Source: Verrucomicrobia subdivision 3 bacterium UBA6082 (GTDB lineage: Bacteria > Verrucomicrobiota > Verrucomicrobiia > Limisphaerales > UBA8199). Taken from it: DNA of 64,000 nt. Both the position numbers and the translations under genes were made by a program. Location of the stretch: the NCBI GenBank assembly GCA_002428665.1, contig DIXK01000018.1, positions 23,224 through 87,223 of the forward strand. Direction: 5' to 3'. This document shows positions 47,190 to 59,700 of this stretch, one piece after another. Below the pieces are notes generated by a model, which saw nothing but the letters and a program-made list of their open reading frames with translations, had not been told where the DNA came from and did no database searches. Position 1 is the first letter of the stretch. The number at the start of each line of letters is the position of its first letter.

Positions 47190-47987
47190 TTGGATATGAA
47201 TCCCTTGGTGCGGACCCGCAGAGGGCGGCTGCTGTTCGTGGGTGCGTTTACACTGATCGAGTTGCTGGTTGTCATCGCCATCATCGCGATCCTGGCGGCC
47301 ATGCTGCTGCCGGCACTGTCGCGCGCCAAGGATCGGGGGCTGCAGGCCAGTTGCATCAATAACATGCGCCAGATGGCCATGGCCTCGCGCATGTATGCCG
47401 AGGATAACGACGGCAAGTTCTGTTACACCTTCCAGGTGCGCGGCAATAACGACTTCCGCAAAGCCTGGTTCAACTTCGTACAACCCTATCAGACCGTCAC
47501 CAACCTCATTCTGTGCCCAAAACAAAGCCGGGAGTTTAAGAAGCTCTACCAACTTTATCCCAGCTCGCTCGTGGACCGGATGATCTCCAACTACCAAATG
47601 AATTTCCGCCTCGGCGGGTGTGACTGGCCTTCTATTTGGGAGGAGAAGAACTGGCCACGGCGCAATTACGCCGCCCTGCGGAGCCCCGCCACTCTCGTCC
47701 ATCTCACCGATGGTGGATCCAAACCCGTCAACACCGCGGACCCCCAGAAATGCGTCACTGCGCGCTCCCCTGAAAAACCCGGCTGCTGGATCGTGCACGA
47801 CCCTGGAAACGACGCGCCCTGCACGGGTTGCGTAACCACCGAAGACCCAAACTGGGGAGGACCGCAACTACGGCACAACGAGCGCAGCGTCGTGCTGTTT
47901 GTGGACGCTCACGTCGAGATGCTGCGCGCCTCACAGTGGTACTGGTCTGGCACGCCCTGGCTGAAGCCGGAATTCGGCGGACCTTGA
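47190..47987 (+). CDS. Prepilin-type N-terminal cleavage/methylation domain protein (DUF1559-like)
   Basis: [30 protein letters not shown], plus the C-terminal [16 protein letters not shown] (an H-X9-DG-like motif with A in place of G). Confidence 0.85.
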   Translation: MDMNPLVRTRRGRLLFVGAFTLIELLVVIAIIAILAAMLLPALSRAKDRGLQASCINNMRQMAMASRMYAEDNDGKFCYTFQVRGNNDFRKAWFNFVQPYQTVTNLILCPKQSREFKKLYQLYPSSLVDRMISNYQMNFRLGGCDWPSIWEEKNWPRRNYAALRSPATLVHLTDGGSKPVNTADPQKCVTARSPEKPGCWIVHDPGNDAPCTGCVTTEDPNWGGPQLRHNERSVVLFVDAHVEMLRASQWYWSGTPWLKPEFGGP

Positions 47988-48267
47988 GCACGTCGGCTAG
48001 TTCAACCCGGACCCAGTCCGGCGTTGAGAGTGAAATTCCCGGCAGCGTTTGCATCGATTCATTGCCGCTACGCAGTCCAACAGCGCCAAAACGAGTCTAA
48101 TCCGCTCCGTCCTCTGAGGACCTCAGCGGCCCTCTCCGGAAAAGGTGTCACTCCAAAAATGCCGAAAAGTGCTTCGCCAGCCGCTTCATCGGTCTCACCT
48201 GGATGTTTTTCCCTGACTTCCGGCCTGACTGCTGAGCTCTGGCCTATGACCCCTGGCAATTCATCCT

Positions 48268-50814
48268 TCACAGACTGCCCATCCTGCTCAGCCTGATCAC
48301 CGGCTGGCCGGCGTTGCGGGATTCGGCAAGGTCCACCACAAACACCGCCTCCCAATCGTTGTGATCTGTCGGGTCGACGAGCATCTGGTGCACGTGCCAG
48401 AGTTTCTTGTCGTCGGAGACCTTTACGTAAGTGTGGCGGATATTGCGCGCGTTGGGATCCAGGCAGATGCGCTCGTGATCGGCGTGGTAATTGTCCAGTG
48501 TGTCCTGAAGCCTCTTCGGAGTCCAGGCTTGGGCGTCACCGTCTTCCGTCGCATCGAGGTGGCCCAGGGCAGTTTCGTAATCCTCATTCACCAGGCCGCG
48601 GAGGAAGGTAAAGATGCGATTCCGGATCGTGGCGGTGAATCCCTTCGTATCCCGGGTGATATCCTTGGCCGCTTCTTCGGCGCCAGGTGGCCGCACTTCG
48701 CGGGCCTCGGTCCGTTCATACTCAGGGTTACGCATTTTCTCCCACTCATCCAGGAGGCTCGAATCCACTTGGCGAATCATGGTGCCGAGATACAGCTCCA
48801 TTTCGCGCACCGGTTCGGTTTTGGCCGAATCGGGCACCGTTTGAGCCAGCACCTTGTAGACGCTGTTGAGATGCCGCAATAGCAGTCCCTCCGCGCGCTG
48901 CAATTCGTAGTCGCGAATATAGTCCGAGAACGAGCGGAAATTCTCGAACATTTCTCGGGCGATGGACTTGGGTTTGATGTTCTCTTGGCCCACCCACGGG
49001 TGTTTGTCGGCAAAGGCGTTGAAGGTAGAATAGACAAATTCGCGGTTGGGTTTGGGGTGCTCGAGCTTTTCCAATTCCTCCATGCGCTCATCGTATTCTA
49101 TGCCGGCCTGCTTCATCTCGGCCACCTTCTGACCCTTTAGCTTGTCGAGTTGCTTGCGGAGGATGGCTTCCGGGTTTTCGAGAATCGATTCCACGAGCGT
49201 CAGCAGCACCAGCGCGTAGTCGGGCGCCTCGGGATCGAGCAACGGGATGGTCTCCAGCAGATACAACGACAGCACCTGGTCCATGGAGAAATCCTCCTGC
49301 AATTCCACATTCACCCGCAGCTTCGGGCCGTCAGAAACAGGCGGCAGGATTTCTATGATGTTGCGGGCCACCAGCGAGCGGAAAAGCTGCCACGCCCGTT
49401 TCACATGGGCCTTCTTGGCTCTGGGAGTTTCGTGTGACCGCGCAATCAGTTGTCGCATGGCGAGGCAGCCATCGCCTTCTCGGCCTAGCACGTTGAGCAG
49501 CATGCCATGCGAAACCTGGAAGCGCGAGGTCAACCGCTCAGGCTGTGCCGCGATCAAGCGCAAAAAGGTGTTCTTGTCCCAGTTAACGAAGTTCTTTTCC
49601 GGCGGCTTGCGTTTGACGATTTTCTTACCGTCGCGCGCCGCCTTCCCCTCCAGCTTAAGGTTTTCCACGACATGCTCCGGGGCCTGCGCGACCACCCAGC
49701 CTTGCTCGTCAAAACCTTTGCGCCCGGCCCGCCCGCCGATTTGGTGAAAATCGCGTGCGCTGAGAATCCCGGTTTTCTGACCGTCGAATTTGCACAGACG
49801 GGAGAAGAGTACCGTGCGAATGGGGACGTTGATCCCCACGCCCAGAGTATCGGTACCGCAAATGATCTTGAGCAAACCTTTTTGCGCGAGTTGCTCTACC
49901 AGCACCCGGTACTTGGGCAGCAGACCGGCGTGGTGGAGGCCGATGCCGTGCTTGAGCCAGCGGCGAATCTCCGGCCCGTAAGGGCTGCTGAACTTGAACC
50001 CCTCCACGGCATTGCCGAGCGCGGCTTTTTCCTCCCGGGTGCACACGTTAAGGCTGGTGAAATCCTGTGCGCTTTGGGCGGCCTCAAGTTGCGTGAAGTG
50101 CACCACGTAAACCGGGGCCCGGTCCTGCGCGACCAGGCTCTCCAGCGTGGTGGCGAGCGGCAGTTCCGAATAAGCGTGTTCCAGGGGCACCGGCCGGTCC
50201 TGGGACGAAACGGTGGCGGTCGGTCGGCCGTTCAGCCGGGTCAGTTCCTCTTCAAAGAAGGTTGTGTCGCCGAGCGTGGCGGACATCAGCAGAAAGCGGG
50301 CTTGCGGCAGCGTGAGCAACGGCACCTGCCAGGCCACTCCCCGTTCGCGATCGGCGTAATAGTGGAACTCGTCCATGATCACTTCGTCCACATCCGCGTC
50401 CTCGCCATCCCGCAAGGCAACGTTCGCCAGGATTTCTGCGGTGCAACACAGGATCGGTGCATCCCGGTTAACGGTGGCATCGCCGGTGCTCAGACCGACG
50501 TTATCCGGCCCAAACTCCCGGCAAAGAGCGATCCACTTTTCGTTGACCAGGGCTTTGATCGGGCAGGTGTAGACCGACCGTTTGCCCTGTACCAGCGCTT
50601 TAAAATGCAGGGCGGCCGCCACTAGGGATTTGCCCGACCCGGTAGGCGTGTTGAGAATGACGTTCTTCTCCTCGAATAGCTCCAGGATGGCCGTCTCCTG
50701 CGCCGGGTACAGTTGCAGTTTGCGGCTTTCCGCATAGTCCAGGAACCGCGTCAGCAGCACGTCGTTCGAGGGCCGGTCGTCCCGGGGAATCAGGTCATAA
50801 AGTGTCAAGGCCAC
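48268..50814 (-). CDS. DEAD/DEAH-box superfamily-2 helicase with a long C-terminal (DUF3516-type) domain
   Basis: Motif I TPTGSGKS, motif II MDEFH, motif III SATL, and HHAGL and [10 protein letters not shown]. The gene encodes 848 aa. Confidence 0.85.
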   Translation of the reverse strand: MALTLYDLIPRDDRPSNDVLLTRFLDYAESRKLQLYPAQETAILELFEEKNVILNTPTGSGKSLVAAALHFKALVQGKRSVYTCPIKALVNEKWIALCREFGPDNVGLSTGDATVNRDAPILCCTAEILANVALRDGEDADVDEVIMDEFHYYADRERGVAWQVPLLTLPQARFLLMSATLGDTTFFEEELTRLNGRPTATVSSQDRPVPLEHAYSELPLATTLESLVAQDRAPVYVVHFTQLEAAQSAQDFTSLNVCTREEKAALGNAVEGFKFSSPYGPEIRRWLKHGIGLHHAGLLPKYRVLVEQLAQKGLLKIICGTDTLGVGINVPIRTVLFSRLCKFDGQKTGILSARDFHQIGGRAGRKGFDEQGWVVAQAPEHVVENLKLEGKAARDGKKIVKRKPPEKNFVNWDKNTFLRLIAAQPERLTSRFQVSHGMLLNVLGREGDGCLAMRQLIARSHETPRAKKAHVKRAWQLFRSLVARNIIEILPPVSDGPKLRVNVELQEDFSMDQVLSLYLLETIPLLDPEAPDYALVLLTLVESILENPEAILRKQLDKLKGQKVAEMKQAGIEYDERMEELEKLEHPKPNREFVYSTFNAFADKHPWVGQENIKPKSIAREMFENFRSFSDYIRDYELQRAEGLLLRHLNSVYKVLAQTVPDSAKTEPVREMELYLGTMIRQVDSSLLDEWEKMRNPEYERTEAREVRPPGAEEAAKDITRDTKGFTATIRNRIFTFLRGLVNEDYETALGHLDATEDGDAQAWTPKRLQDTLDNYHADHERICLDPNARNIRHTYVKVSDDKKLWHVHQMLVDPTDHNDWEAVFVVDLAESRNAGQPVIRLSRMGSL

Positions 50815-50940
50815 GGTGGCACTTTACCAAAAACCCGGTCGAGAGCGCGGCCTTTTTTCGAAAAGCGAGAAGTGATGTGTCCCGGGCGGGATGTTATCCA
50901 CAGTCGGATTGCTTCCGGGGCGCGGATGCTCAGCCCAAGG

Positions 50941-53733
50941 TCAACGTCGTAATCGGAAAAAGCCCTGGCCTCCGGTCAGCGGCACGGAGTACGGGTTTCC
51001 CGAGGCCACCACAGTCCAGGGACCGTCGAGGTCGTCGGCTCGTTCCAAAGAATACTCCGGCCCCTCCCAATAGAAGACCAATGTATCCGTCATATGGGCC
51101 GTTTTCAGCAGGGTTGGGCCGGGGCGTGGGGTGCCGGTCAAGTGCAGGTCAAAGCTCAGATCGGACGAGGTAGTGGAGCTTTGATGAATCTCGACGGCCG
51201 CCATATTGGTTTCCTGCACCAGCACTTGGGCCGCGACGGTCTGGTTGTAAAAGAGTGTGGTTTCGTCTTGAGCCAGGGCGTTGGTGGCCAGTGTCAAATA
51301 GTCAATCGGTCCCAGGGGCAGGTTGCTGCGGAAAACCTCCTGACCGTTGAGATAAACGACGCCCCCATCATCGCGCAAAAGGTACACCGTCAGATGTGTG
51401 AACGCCGAAGGGTCATCCACCACGAAGGCATGGCGAAAATAGGTGGTTACCTGTCGATTGCTCGACACCTGGCTGATTTCATCGCCATCTCCGAAACCAA
51501 GCTGTGCCGCGCCTGTTTTCCAAGTGTCGTCAGCATAGGTCGGATCCACCCAGGCAGTGCCGAGGTTCGTGGCGGAATCGAGGAATCGCCAATTGGCCCC
51601 TTTGGCAATGAGCACCACCGGGTCGTTGGGGTTTGGAGAGGGGGCCACCAGGAACATCTCGGCCAGGCCAGTGAGTTCCGCGTTCTCCGGCTCCTTCAGG
51701 CGTATGCGTATCAACTCCTCATCGGAGGTGGACAGGTCCGGAAGAGAAAACGTCTTGACGGTCTCACCGGGATGGAACGTAAGGGTGCCGGTTGCCAGAG
51801 TGCCGGCAGCGCCTTCAGCCTCAAATCGAACGGAAACCCGGTTGGTGCTGAAACGGCTTAGGCGCAGGGGAATGCCGTTGGCAAGCTGGGCAGGGTCAAG
51901 GCGATTGGTCCGCAAGGCAAAGCCGATTCCCACCGGGCTGTGTGCGGGTCCATTGAAAAACGGTGCGAGCAGGCCGGCGTGTTCTTCAGGATTCCACACC
52001 GTGTTCGTCGGCCACCACGGGTCGGGCGCCGTGAGAAAGTTGTTTACAATGTCCATTCGGCTGGTGCGGTAGCCCCAGTCGGACCAGGTCATGCCCCAGA
52101 CATCGTGGTAATTGTGAATCAGAATGGAGTCCGTGGCGCGAAGGAAGCCATTGTAGGTCCAATCATAGTTATCGCCAAATCGGCCCCCAACCAGGTTGCC
52201 TGTGGCAAGGCACCCGGCGAGAGTTCCGCTGGGGCTCTCGTACCCGACTTCGAGGGCCTGTCCATTATTCAGGAATACCGTGCGGTAGTGGGTGACGGTT
52301 TTGCCGGTGCCAGAGAGGGAGTTAGCCTCGTGAAAGGCGGACTCGAACCAGCAGTCATGGTAGTTGAAAACCCCCGAACCGCTGGCTCCCGAGTCAACGG
52401 CATCGTCCTTGCAGAACCCGAACAAAGTGTTGCTGAACCCATGCGTTCCGTTGACCAGGTAAAGTGCGTCGTTGTCTCCGTCAGCAAACAACCCGTTGTC
52501 GGCTGGGTATTCAATAAACGCGCTATCGTTAACCGTGAAGCGGGCGTCAGTGTATTCGCCGCCGGTAGTGCAGCGCTGCATGAGAAAGCGCGTAAAACGG
52601 AATTCATAAGAACCGCCCGAAACGGAATGGCCGAATTGCCCGGCCAAGGAAATAGCGGCGGAATCGGTCAGAGCAACCGAAATTCCCGAGCCGATACAAG
52701 AGATGAGCGCTTGCTCTCCTCGATGGCTGTGAGGGGCGCCCGCGCGGGCGCAGAACTGGCTGTCAAACCAGCAGGTCTCGGCACCGCTACCCGTGAAGAT
52801 GGCGCCGCTGGCCTGTAATTGAGCATTTGGAGCGTGCATGATGAAGCCGCCCCAGGGTTTTGACGCCTCCTCTGGAAGGAACACCACGGGTCGATCCATA
52901 GTGCCCAGAATAAGGATGCTTCCGTTGTTCGTCAGGTCCACCCGGTGAGCTAGGCGGATCACCGATCCCGCCCCGATTGTCAGCGTGGATCCGGCGATGA
53001 CGGTCAGGCTGGTATTCACCGCAATGCGCGAGCCTTCCGGCCAGGCAACTGCGCCCTGGATCAGGATAGGAGCTTCCGTCCACACGGGGTACGGCTCGAT
53101 GTGGATGGTGTTAGTGGCCCATAGGCCGGCGAGGTGGGCTGGGTAAATGAGCGGCCCCGCCGGATGGTTCGTTCGCAGGAAACCCGAACCGAATCCTCGC
53201 AGTACTGCGATCGGAGATTCCCCTGGCAACTGCAGGCTGCCGTTCACTCGCAGGGTCTGCCCGGTTTCGTTAACCACCCGCGCCACCACCGGTATGGGGA
53301 GGCCAGATGGAAATGCTGACGGCGCTAGCAACTCAAAATGGCTTCCTACGAACTCGGCCGGAGCCGAGGGAATCAGCGGATAGGGAAACCAGCGAGGAAG
53401 TCCGTTCTCAGTCCCATTGCGTTCACTGGCAACAACGAGGAAACGAACGAGCTGACTCGTCGCCGATCCACTGCTGTTGTTAGTGGCCCGCACTGAAAGT
53501 TCGTAATAATCCGGACTGACAAGCGGTACCTGAACGTTGAGGGGGACGGAAGTGCCGTTCAGCCGGGCTTCGGCGCTATAGTCAGTCGAGTTAGAAACCA
53601 CAAACACGGCTTGGTCGCTGTAGATCTTTTTGTCGGCGACCCCGGTGATGGTCACCTGTGCCATGGCGGATACAGCCAGCAGCGGCAGGATCAGCGCAGC
53701 CAGGTGACGAAGTGGGGTCTTGATGATCGGCAT
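50941..53733 (-). CDS. Secreted 930-aa protein: beta-helix-like core + jelly-roll module + C-terminal ...FFR module; paralogous to parts of the upstream 2,585-aa protein
   Basis: Signal peptide LAALILPLLAVSAMAQ. The core (...WGGFIMHAPN...GDNDALYLVNG...DDAVDSG...) parallels 58.1-59.1 kb of the neighbouring gene. The jelly-roll reads ANWRFLDS...YADDTWKTGAAQLGFGDG...TTYFRHAF...DDGGVVYLNGQEVFRSN...AVEIHQSSTTSSDLSFDL. The tail is YSLERADDLDGPWTVV...GFFRLRR. Confidence 0.85.
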   Translation of the reverse strand: MPIIKTPLRHLAALILPLLAVSAMAQVTITGVADKKIYSDQAVFVVSNSTDYSAEARLNGTSVPLNVQVPLVSPDYYELSVRATNNSSGSATSQLVRFLVVASERNGTENGLPRWFPYPLIPSAPAEFVGSHFELLAPSAFPSGLPIPVVARVVNETGQTLRVNGSLQLPGESPIAVLRGFGSGFLRTNHPAGPLIYPAHLAGLWATNTIHIEPYPVWTEAPILIQGAVAWPEGSRIAVNTSLTVIAGSTLTIGAGSVIRLAHRVDLTNNGSILILGTMDRPVVFLPEEASKPWGGFIMHAPNAQLQASGAIFTGSGAETCWFDSQFCARAGAPHSHRGEQALISCIGSGISVALTDSAAISLAGQFGHSVSGGSYEFRFTRFLMQRCTTGGEYTDARFTVNDSAFIEYPADNGLFADGDNDALYLVNGTHGFSNTLFGFCKDDAVDSGASGSGVFNYHDCWFESAFHEANSLSGTGKTVTHYRTVFLNNGQALEVGYESPSGTLAGCLATGNLVGGRFGDNYDWTYNGFLRATDSILIHNYHDVWGMTWSDWGYRTSRMDIVNNFLTAPDPWWPTNTVWNPEEHAGLLAPFFNGPAHSPVGIGFALRTNRLDPAQLANGIPLRLSRFSTNRVSVRFEAEGAAGTLATGTLTFHPGETVKTFSLPDLSTSDEELIRIRLKEPENAELTGLAEMFLVAPSPNPNDPVVLIAKGANWRFLDSATNLGTAWVDPTYADDTWKTGAAQLGFGDGDEISQVSSNRQVTTYFRHAFVVDDPSAFTHLTVYLLRDDGGVVYLNGQEVFRSNLPLGPIDYLTLATNALAQDETTLFYNQTVAAQVLVQETNMAAVEIHQSSTTSSDLSFDLHLTGTPRPGPTLLKTAHMTDTLVFYWEGPEYSLERADDLDGPWTVVASGNPYSVPLTGGQGFFRLRR

Positions 53734-53749
53734 CGGGATACAAAAATGT

Positions 53750-56700
53750 TCAGGGGAGTCGCGGGGTAATCAATCGGTAGAAACGGCCGGGTTGCCCAGC
53801 CGCGGGAGTCTCGGTGATGACGATGTGTTGATCAGTAACGGCGGCGGGAACATCGGCGAACTTCTGCCATTCGCCGGATCCCAACGCTTCCGAGTAAACC
53901 ACGGAATACGTGCGGCCGGCAGCAGCCAGGAACCGTATTTCGATTTCCCCTGAGGCGCCGGCTTTGGTGTCGAGGCTCAGGAAACTGCCAGCGTTTTTCG
54001 GGTTGGTGCCAGCCCAATACTCCTCCTCATTGGTGAATCCGTCATGGTCTTCGTCTTCTGTTCCGTTTGGTGTGAACCTGTCGAGTCCATTGGCAGCTTC
54101 CCAGGTGTCAGGCATACCATCCCCATCTGTGTCGATTGATCCCGAGGTTCCCACGTTGGGCGGAGCGCCAACCCAGTTCAGAGGCTCGTTGCCGTAACCG
54201 GGAAAGACTTTACGCTGCAGTGAAAGGCCCGAGCCATTAACGTCCGTCGGCCAGGGGGGCATCGCTGAATACACCACACGGTCCACCACCACGTAAGGGA
54301 CCACCCCGGAGTCCTCCCCTGTGATCTGGGGCGCGTCGGGAGCCCGCAATTCCACCGCTTCGCCCGAGTTTGACAGTTTGCCGGACCAGGGTCCCACCAG
54401 CACACCCTCAGGTCCGTATTGACTCCGGAAGGACGCCAGGGCGGTAGGATCACTGGCGGGATCAAAACTGACCATAACCAGGAATCCTCCAGGCGGAATG
54501 GAATGGCTGGTCGTGAAGTCAAAATCGATGCTCTGGCGCAATCGCCAGCCGTTGGTAGGGTGGGCAACATCGTATAGCGGGATGGTGTCCGCAGTCAGGT
54601 TGTGAAGCTCCACGAATTCATGCAGAGTGTTGTTGTTAGTGCCATCCAGGGGCGGGTGGTACATGATTTCGGTAATCACCACCGGACCCACTTGAGGAGC
54701 GCTGTTTGGGGCACCCTCGCCGGTGCGGAACAGACTCAATTGGCTGACCGGACTGTGGCGCGTCACCGAGGTTCCAAGCGTCAGCAAACTCTGAGCGGCA
54801 AATTCGATTCCCTGGGACGTCTGGATTCGGGCGAACGAAACACCATTGTATTGGGGCCCGAAAGCGGCGTGGCTGCGGTAACCGGTTGGAATCCCGTTGA
54901 CGTCGCAGGCTGTCAACCAGACCTCGTCGCCTCGAGCCGAACTGAACGAGAAGCTGGACCTCACCAGGGGATCCGAGTCGAATTGGAATTCATAAAACAC
55001 CTTGTAGCCGCCGGCTGGGATGGTTGTGCCTTCGGCGATACGGTACTTGAACAGGTCTCGGCTGGAATCGCTGAGATACCAGCCGCCGATATCAACCGGG
55101 GTGTCAGACAGATTATGCAGTTCGACGGCGTCCTCCAACGGCAGATCGGTGTGCGTCAGCACCTCATTGATCACCGGGTGGATTAGCGGTAGCCAGTTGG
55201 CCTCGCCGGGACTTGGCTCAGAAAAAAATGCAAGGCGGTCGGCCCCGTCCGGCAAACGACCTTCTGACCAACCGGGCGTCTGCGGGCCGAACGTTATCGT
55301 ATCAATTGCAGGTCCCGTGCCGGGCGGGAAGAGTCCCAATGCCTCACCTACCGTGGCATCAAGAGAGAAGCCGACGTGGCTGGGACCCTGCGAGGTCTCC
55401 CCGTCCGCGACAAAGCGGACATACCCATTAGTAGAAACACCGATAAAAGAGAATGGTGCGATGAGGTGCTTGGTGCGATTATTGAGCTTGTCGGTGAGGT
55501 AGAGGCCACCGAGAGCGGCCGGTTGTGGAGCTGGGTTAAACAATTCGAACCAATCCGGTCCGCTATCTACGCTGGCCGCCCACTCGTTGATTCGCAGCCC
55601 CGCGGAACTCGCGGTTTCAGCGGAAATATTCTCCGAGCCTGGAGTGGGCAGCGCGATGCGCCAATCGGGTGAGGCATCCGGCACTCGGGCCAGGGAGAAA
55701 TCAGCCGCTTGGGGGCCAAACGCGATCGAGTCCTTCAAAGTGATAGAGTTGTCGAACAGGTAGACCGCGTCGCCATCGGTATCCAGGCCGAAGCCAGTGT
55801 TGAGAGAGGGGACAACTTCTGTCGAGGCAGGTGAATCTGGATCACACCGGATGACTAACGGCTCGCCAGGACTAATGCGCGCCCCAGGTGGAAAGACCCA
55901 CCGGCGTGGCGAGGCAAGGTCATCCGTGAGGCTGTATCCCTCCAGCGTGATGGGATCGCTTGACGGGTTGTATAGTTCCACAAGATCGGTGACCGATCCA
56001 TTCGAATGGGCGAAGGACCTGTTAGCTGCAAACACTTCGTTCAGCACGAGGTCGTTCAAATTGGTGATCCGCGTTGTGAAGGAAGCTGTCATGCTGAGGC
56101 CGAAGACCAAGTCGCTGCTGCCGATGGCAGATTGATGCACTTCAACCGCCAGGGTATTCAATCCAACGGAAAGGTTTGCGGCGGAAACGGCTATAGTCTC
56201 TCGGGTCCCTTCGGCGGGTTGGTTCGTTGCCAGAGTAGAAAAGGTAACTGTTCCCGACGGCATGCGGAGGCGGGCCAGTTCTCCTCCGTTGAGATAAAAC
56301 ACAGCGCCGTCATCCACAAAAACACCGGTGTCGATCGTAAAACCGGCAAGGTTGGTCATTACCTGGAACGAGGTTCGGAAATATCGGGTCGTAATGAAAT
56401 TGCCGGATGCATTCGTCAGCGGCAAGGGCGTGAGAATCGGGGAGGGGTAGGAGGTGTTGGCATCGACGCCCAGCAATGCCTGCCCGCTGGCCCAGAGGGA
56501 GTCATCGTAGTCTGGGCTTTGCCACGAGGTGCCCAAATCAGCACCCTCGGCTGAGAATCGCCATGTGTTCGTGAGTGGAATCAGCGAGTAGCTGACCATA
56601 ACTATCGCAACATCTCCCTGGGGTGCGGGGTTTCCTGAGCCAGGGGTGGGGGTAAGGAAGCTGGCCATAGTGTGCGATCCGTTCGGGTAGCGGCCCTCGG

Positions 56701-59700
56701 ATATTCCGGCAGTCTGTGGTCCATAAAACACCCGGTCAATTACCGTGAGTTTGGCATCGAACAAGCCGACGCCCCCCATTTCGGCCCGGAGTTTGAAATC
56801 AAGATGTGTCGGCCCGCGGTTTGTGCTGCCATCGGCCTGGAAAGCGAAGAATCCCAGCGGGGCGATAAAACTCAAAGGGGTAATCCGGTGACGGTCTGGG
56901 GTGCCATTGGGGGCATCACTCAGGTAGAGGTTCCCCATGTCCACAGGCAGCAGTTCCTGATTGTACAGTTCGACAAAATCATCAGGCAAGGCTGCCGAAC
57001 CGGCGGTAAACCACTCATTCAGGCGCAATAACTGCGGGTTGCCAACAGGCTGCATAAGATTGGGAAGCCCGGGAGTGGGTTTGCACAGCGCCCAGGCCCC
57101 ACTCGAAAGGCGGCCTATGGAGAGGTCGACTAATTGGGGACCAAAGTGCACGGCGTCAATGAGCGCGCCCCCGTCGCCTGGCCTATGAAACAAATACAGT
57201 GAGTCCCCATTCTGCCCCAGGCCGAACCCGGTGTATCGGGAGGGATCGGGCCCACTCTCTGCGAACAGAACCAGGTAATGTCCCGGGGCAATCGTGGCGC
57301 CTGAAGGAAACTGGAACTTGTACGGGATCGATGGGTCGTCGGTGAGCCCCTTCTCGGCGAGGTCAATTGTATATTGGCCAGCATTGAACAGTTCTACGAG
57401 GTCCGGGGATTCTCCATTCGTAACCAAGGTTAGGTTGTTGCGGGCGAGAACCTCGTTGATACGCAGGCCCACAAGGCCGCTGTCAACCTGCCAGGGGCGC
57501 GAGTGAGTGATGGGTCCTTCGAGTTCTGCGGCATCCTGGTACCAGCCGGAATCCCGCCGGCCAACCGCATCGACACGGTAGGTTCCATCCGCGAGACTCG
57601 ACAGCAGAATGGGTGATGCGATCGGGGTATCCCCACTCCACGCCCCCTCGTTGAGCCGCCACCGATAGTGGGTGTATCCGGAACCCAGTGGGAAGCCCGT
57701 GTCGGGAATACCGTTTCCGGCGCGCAGCACACCCACTTTCAGCTGTGCGGAATTCGAGGAGGTGAGCGAAGGGGGTTCGCCCGAAATGGATGCTCCGATG
57801 GAAATGACCCCACCCAAATCCTGACCGTTGGGTCCACTGCCCGATGCGGGGGACCCAGCTTGCAAGCTGAACCACTCCCTCAGAACCTGCGCTTCTTCCC
57901 AGGAGGTGAACTGCGTCTCCGCAGGCTCGGGCAAGTAAGCCAGCCGTGGGGAATTCGTCGAGTTCCCGCTGCCGGTTCCCACCCATGGCAGCGGCAATAG
58001 GTTATTGACCATGGTTACGACGCTCTGCGCCGGGTTGTAGTTCCGGACTAGAGACGTGGCATCAACTACAATGTTACCCTCGAAGTAGATCCCCGCTCCA
58101 TAGGTGCTCGGAGTCGGATCCTCGTCGCGCAGGTTCATCACGGCCGCAGCAGAGTCCTCACCACCGGTGTTGGTGATCCGCACTATCGTGTTGTTCAACA
58201 GAGTGTAGAAGTTGCCTTGTTTGGCGGTCACAGCATGATCGCAATTATAGAAGAGGTTGCCAATTATGGTCAGCTCGGACGTGTCCGCTCCAGCATTGCC
58301 ACCTGAGATTGCGCTGGCGCTGTCTGGGGATCCATTGCGATGGTTGTTCAAAAAGAGGTTCCCTTCAATCCATGCGTCAGTGCCATCGAGATCCAGCAGA
58401 TCGTCGCCGGAACCCATGAACACATTATTATAGAACTGAAGAATGGGCTGGTTAAGATCGCGATTCCCCCCCGTGAAGTCGATCGCATCGTTGTAGCCGT
58501 TGGCCGTGCCAAAGAAGCAATTCCGGAAAATACCCCTGCCTCCGGCTTTGATCCCGCCTGTGCCATGGGCCAGCTCGAACGCGGATGTGGCAGAAGGAAA
58601 GTAGCATTGGCTTACCCGGAACGAGGCGCCGTCCAGGGACAGGTATTGGCGGGTGGTCGTGCCAAACCGGGCGTGGCTCAGGTCCAGCGTACCAGCCGTG
58701 ACCTGGATGCAAGTGCTGTTATTGTTTTGGAAATAGGCATGGGAAATTCGGGTCTCAGGGGATCCCTCGGAGCCATTAATGATGATTCCACCCCAGGACG
58801 AGGTGGAGCCGGGGGCAGCGGTGAAACGGATCGGGGCGACAGCGGTGCCCTCAGCCAGAAGGCGACCCCCGTCGGCCACTACCAGATTGACGCCTGGGTT
58901 CAGATAAATGCTTGCGCCGGGTTCGATGGTTAGGGTAACGCCGTTGGAAACCGTCAACGTTGAAATGACTTGGTAAGGTCCGCCCGCAGCCGTCCAAGTA
59001 GTGTTGCTGGCGACGGTTCCGCCTGTGTTGAATACCGAGTTGTCGTCGTACCATAGATCGATCGTAACACGCTCACACTCCGCTCCGCTGGCATCCACGG
59101 CCTGAACCAGTACTCGGTTAATCCCGGGCGAAAGCGCCACACCGCTCCGCGACCATTTCCCTTCCCAGGCGCTGTAAACGGCTGGTTGACCATTGACCAG
59201 GATGCCCTTCGTCTTGATCCCGTTGGCTTTTCCGGAAAGAGATGTCAGCGGCGAAGTGGTCCTCGGAAAACCGTTACTGAGGGCCAGGGAACTTTGGGCT
59301 GTGAGTCGTAGCGGAATCTGAGCCAAGACATTGGTCCGACGCCGTTCCGCGACGTCCTTCATGCTCTGAATGTATGAGGCCGGAACCCAGTTCTGGAGTT
59401 GCTCGTCCAGAATCCGACCGACTTCAGGTGGGGTGAACACGGAATCGGCCAGCTCTTTGAGTGCAGCAAAGTATCGGGGCGCGACGTCGGGATGCTTGAG
59501 AAACCGGCTTATTACCGGTAAATCGGCGGCCTTGAAAATGGATCTTGTCCAACTTGGCGCCGCGTCGCCTTGGCCAAGCACGGTGTCGTTGTCGTGGTTC
59601 AATAACTGGAACCGTGGGTCCAGCAGGCCGCAATAGGCCGAGTAATCATCTCCGGCTCCGGTGGCGAGCGTGGTTTCCATGTTTAATACCAGAGAGTTGA

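Noticed and set aside
48114-48126. Palindrome CTGAGG-A-CCTCAG between the convergent prepilin-like and helicase genes, as a terminator
   Set aside because: The arms are separated by a single nucleotide, so it cannot form a stable RNA hairpin. There is also no T-run.
49507-52818. Plus-strand ORFs of 372, 255 and 292 aa opposite the helicase and the 930-aa gene
   Set aside because: They lie antisense to genes with clear motifs. Their composition is Arg/Gly/Val-rich with no signatures.
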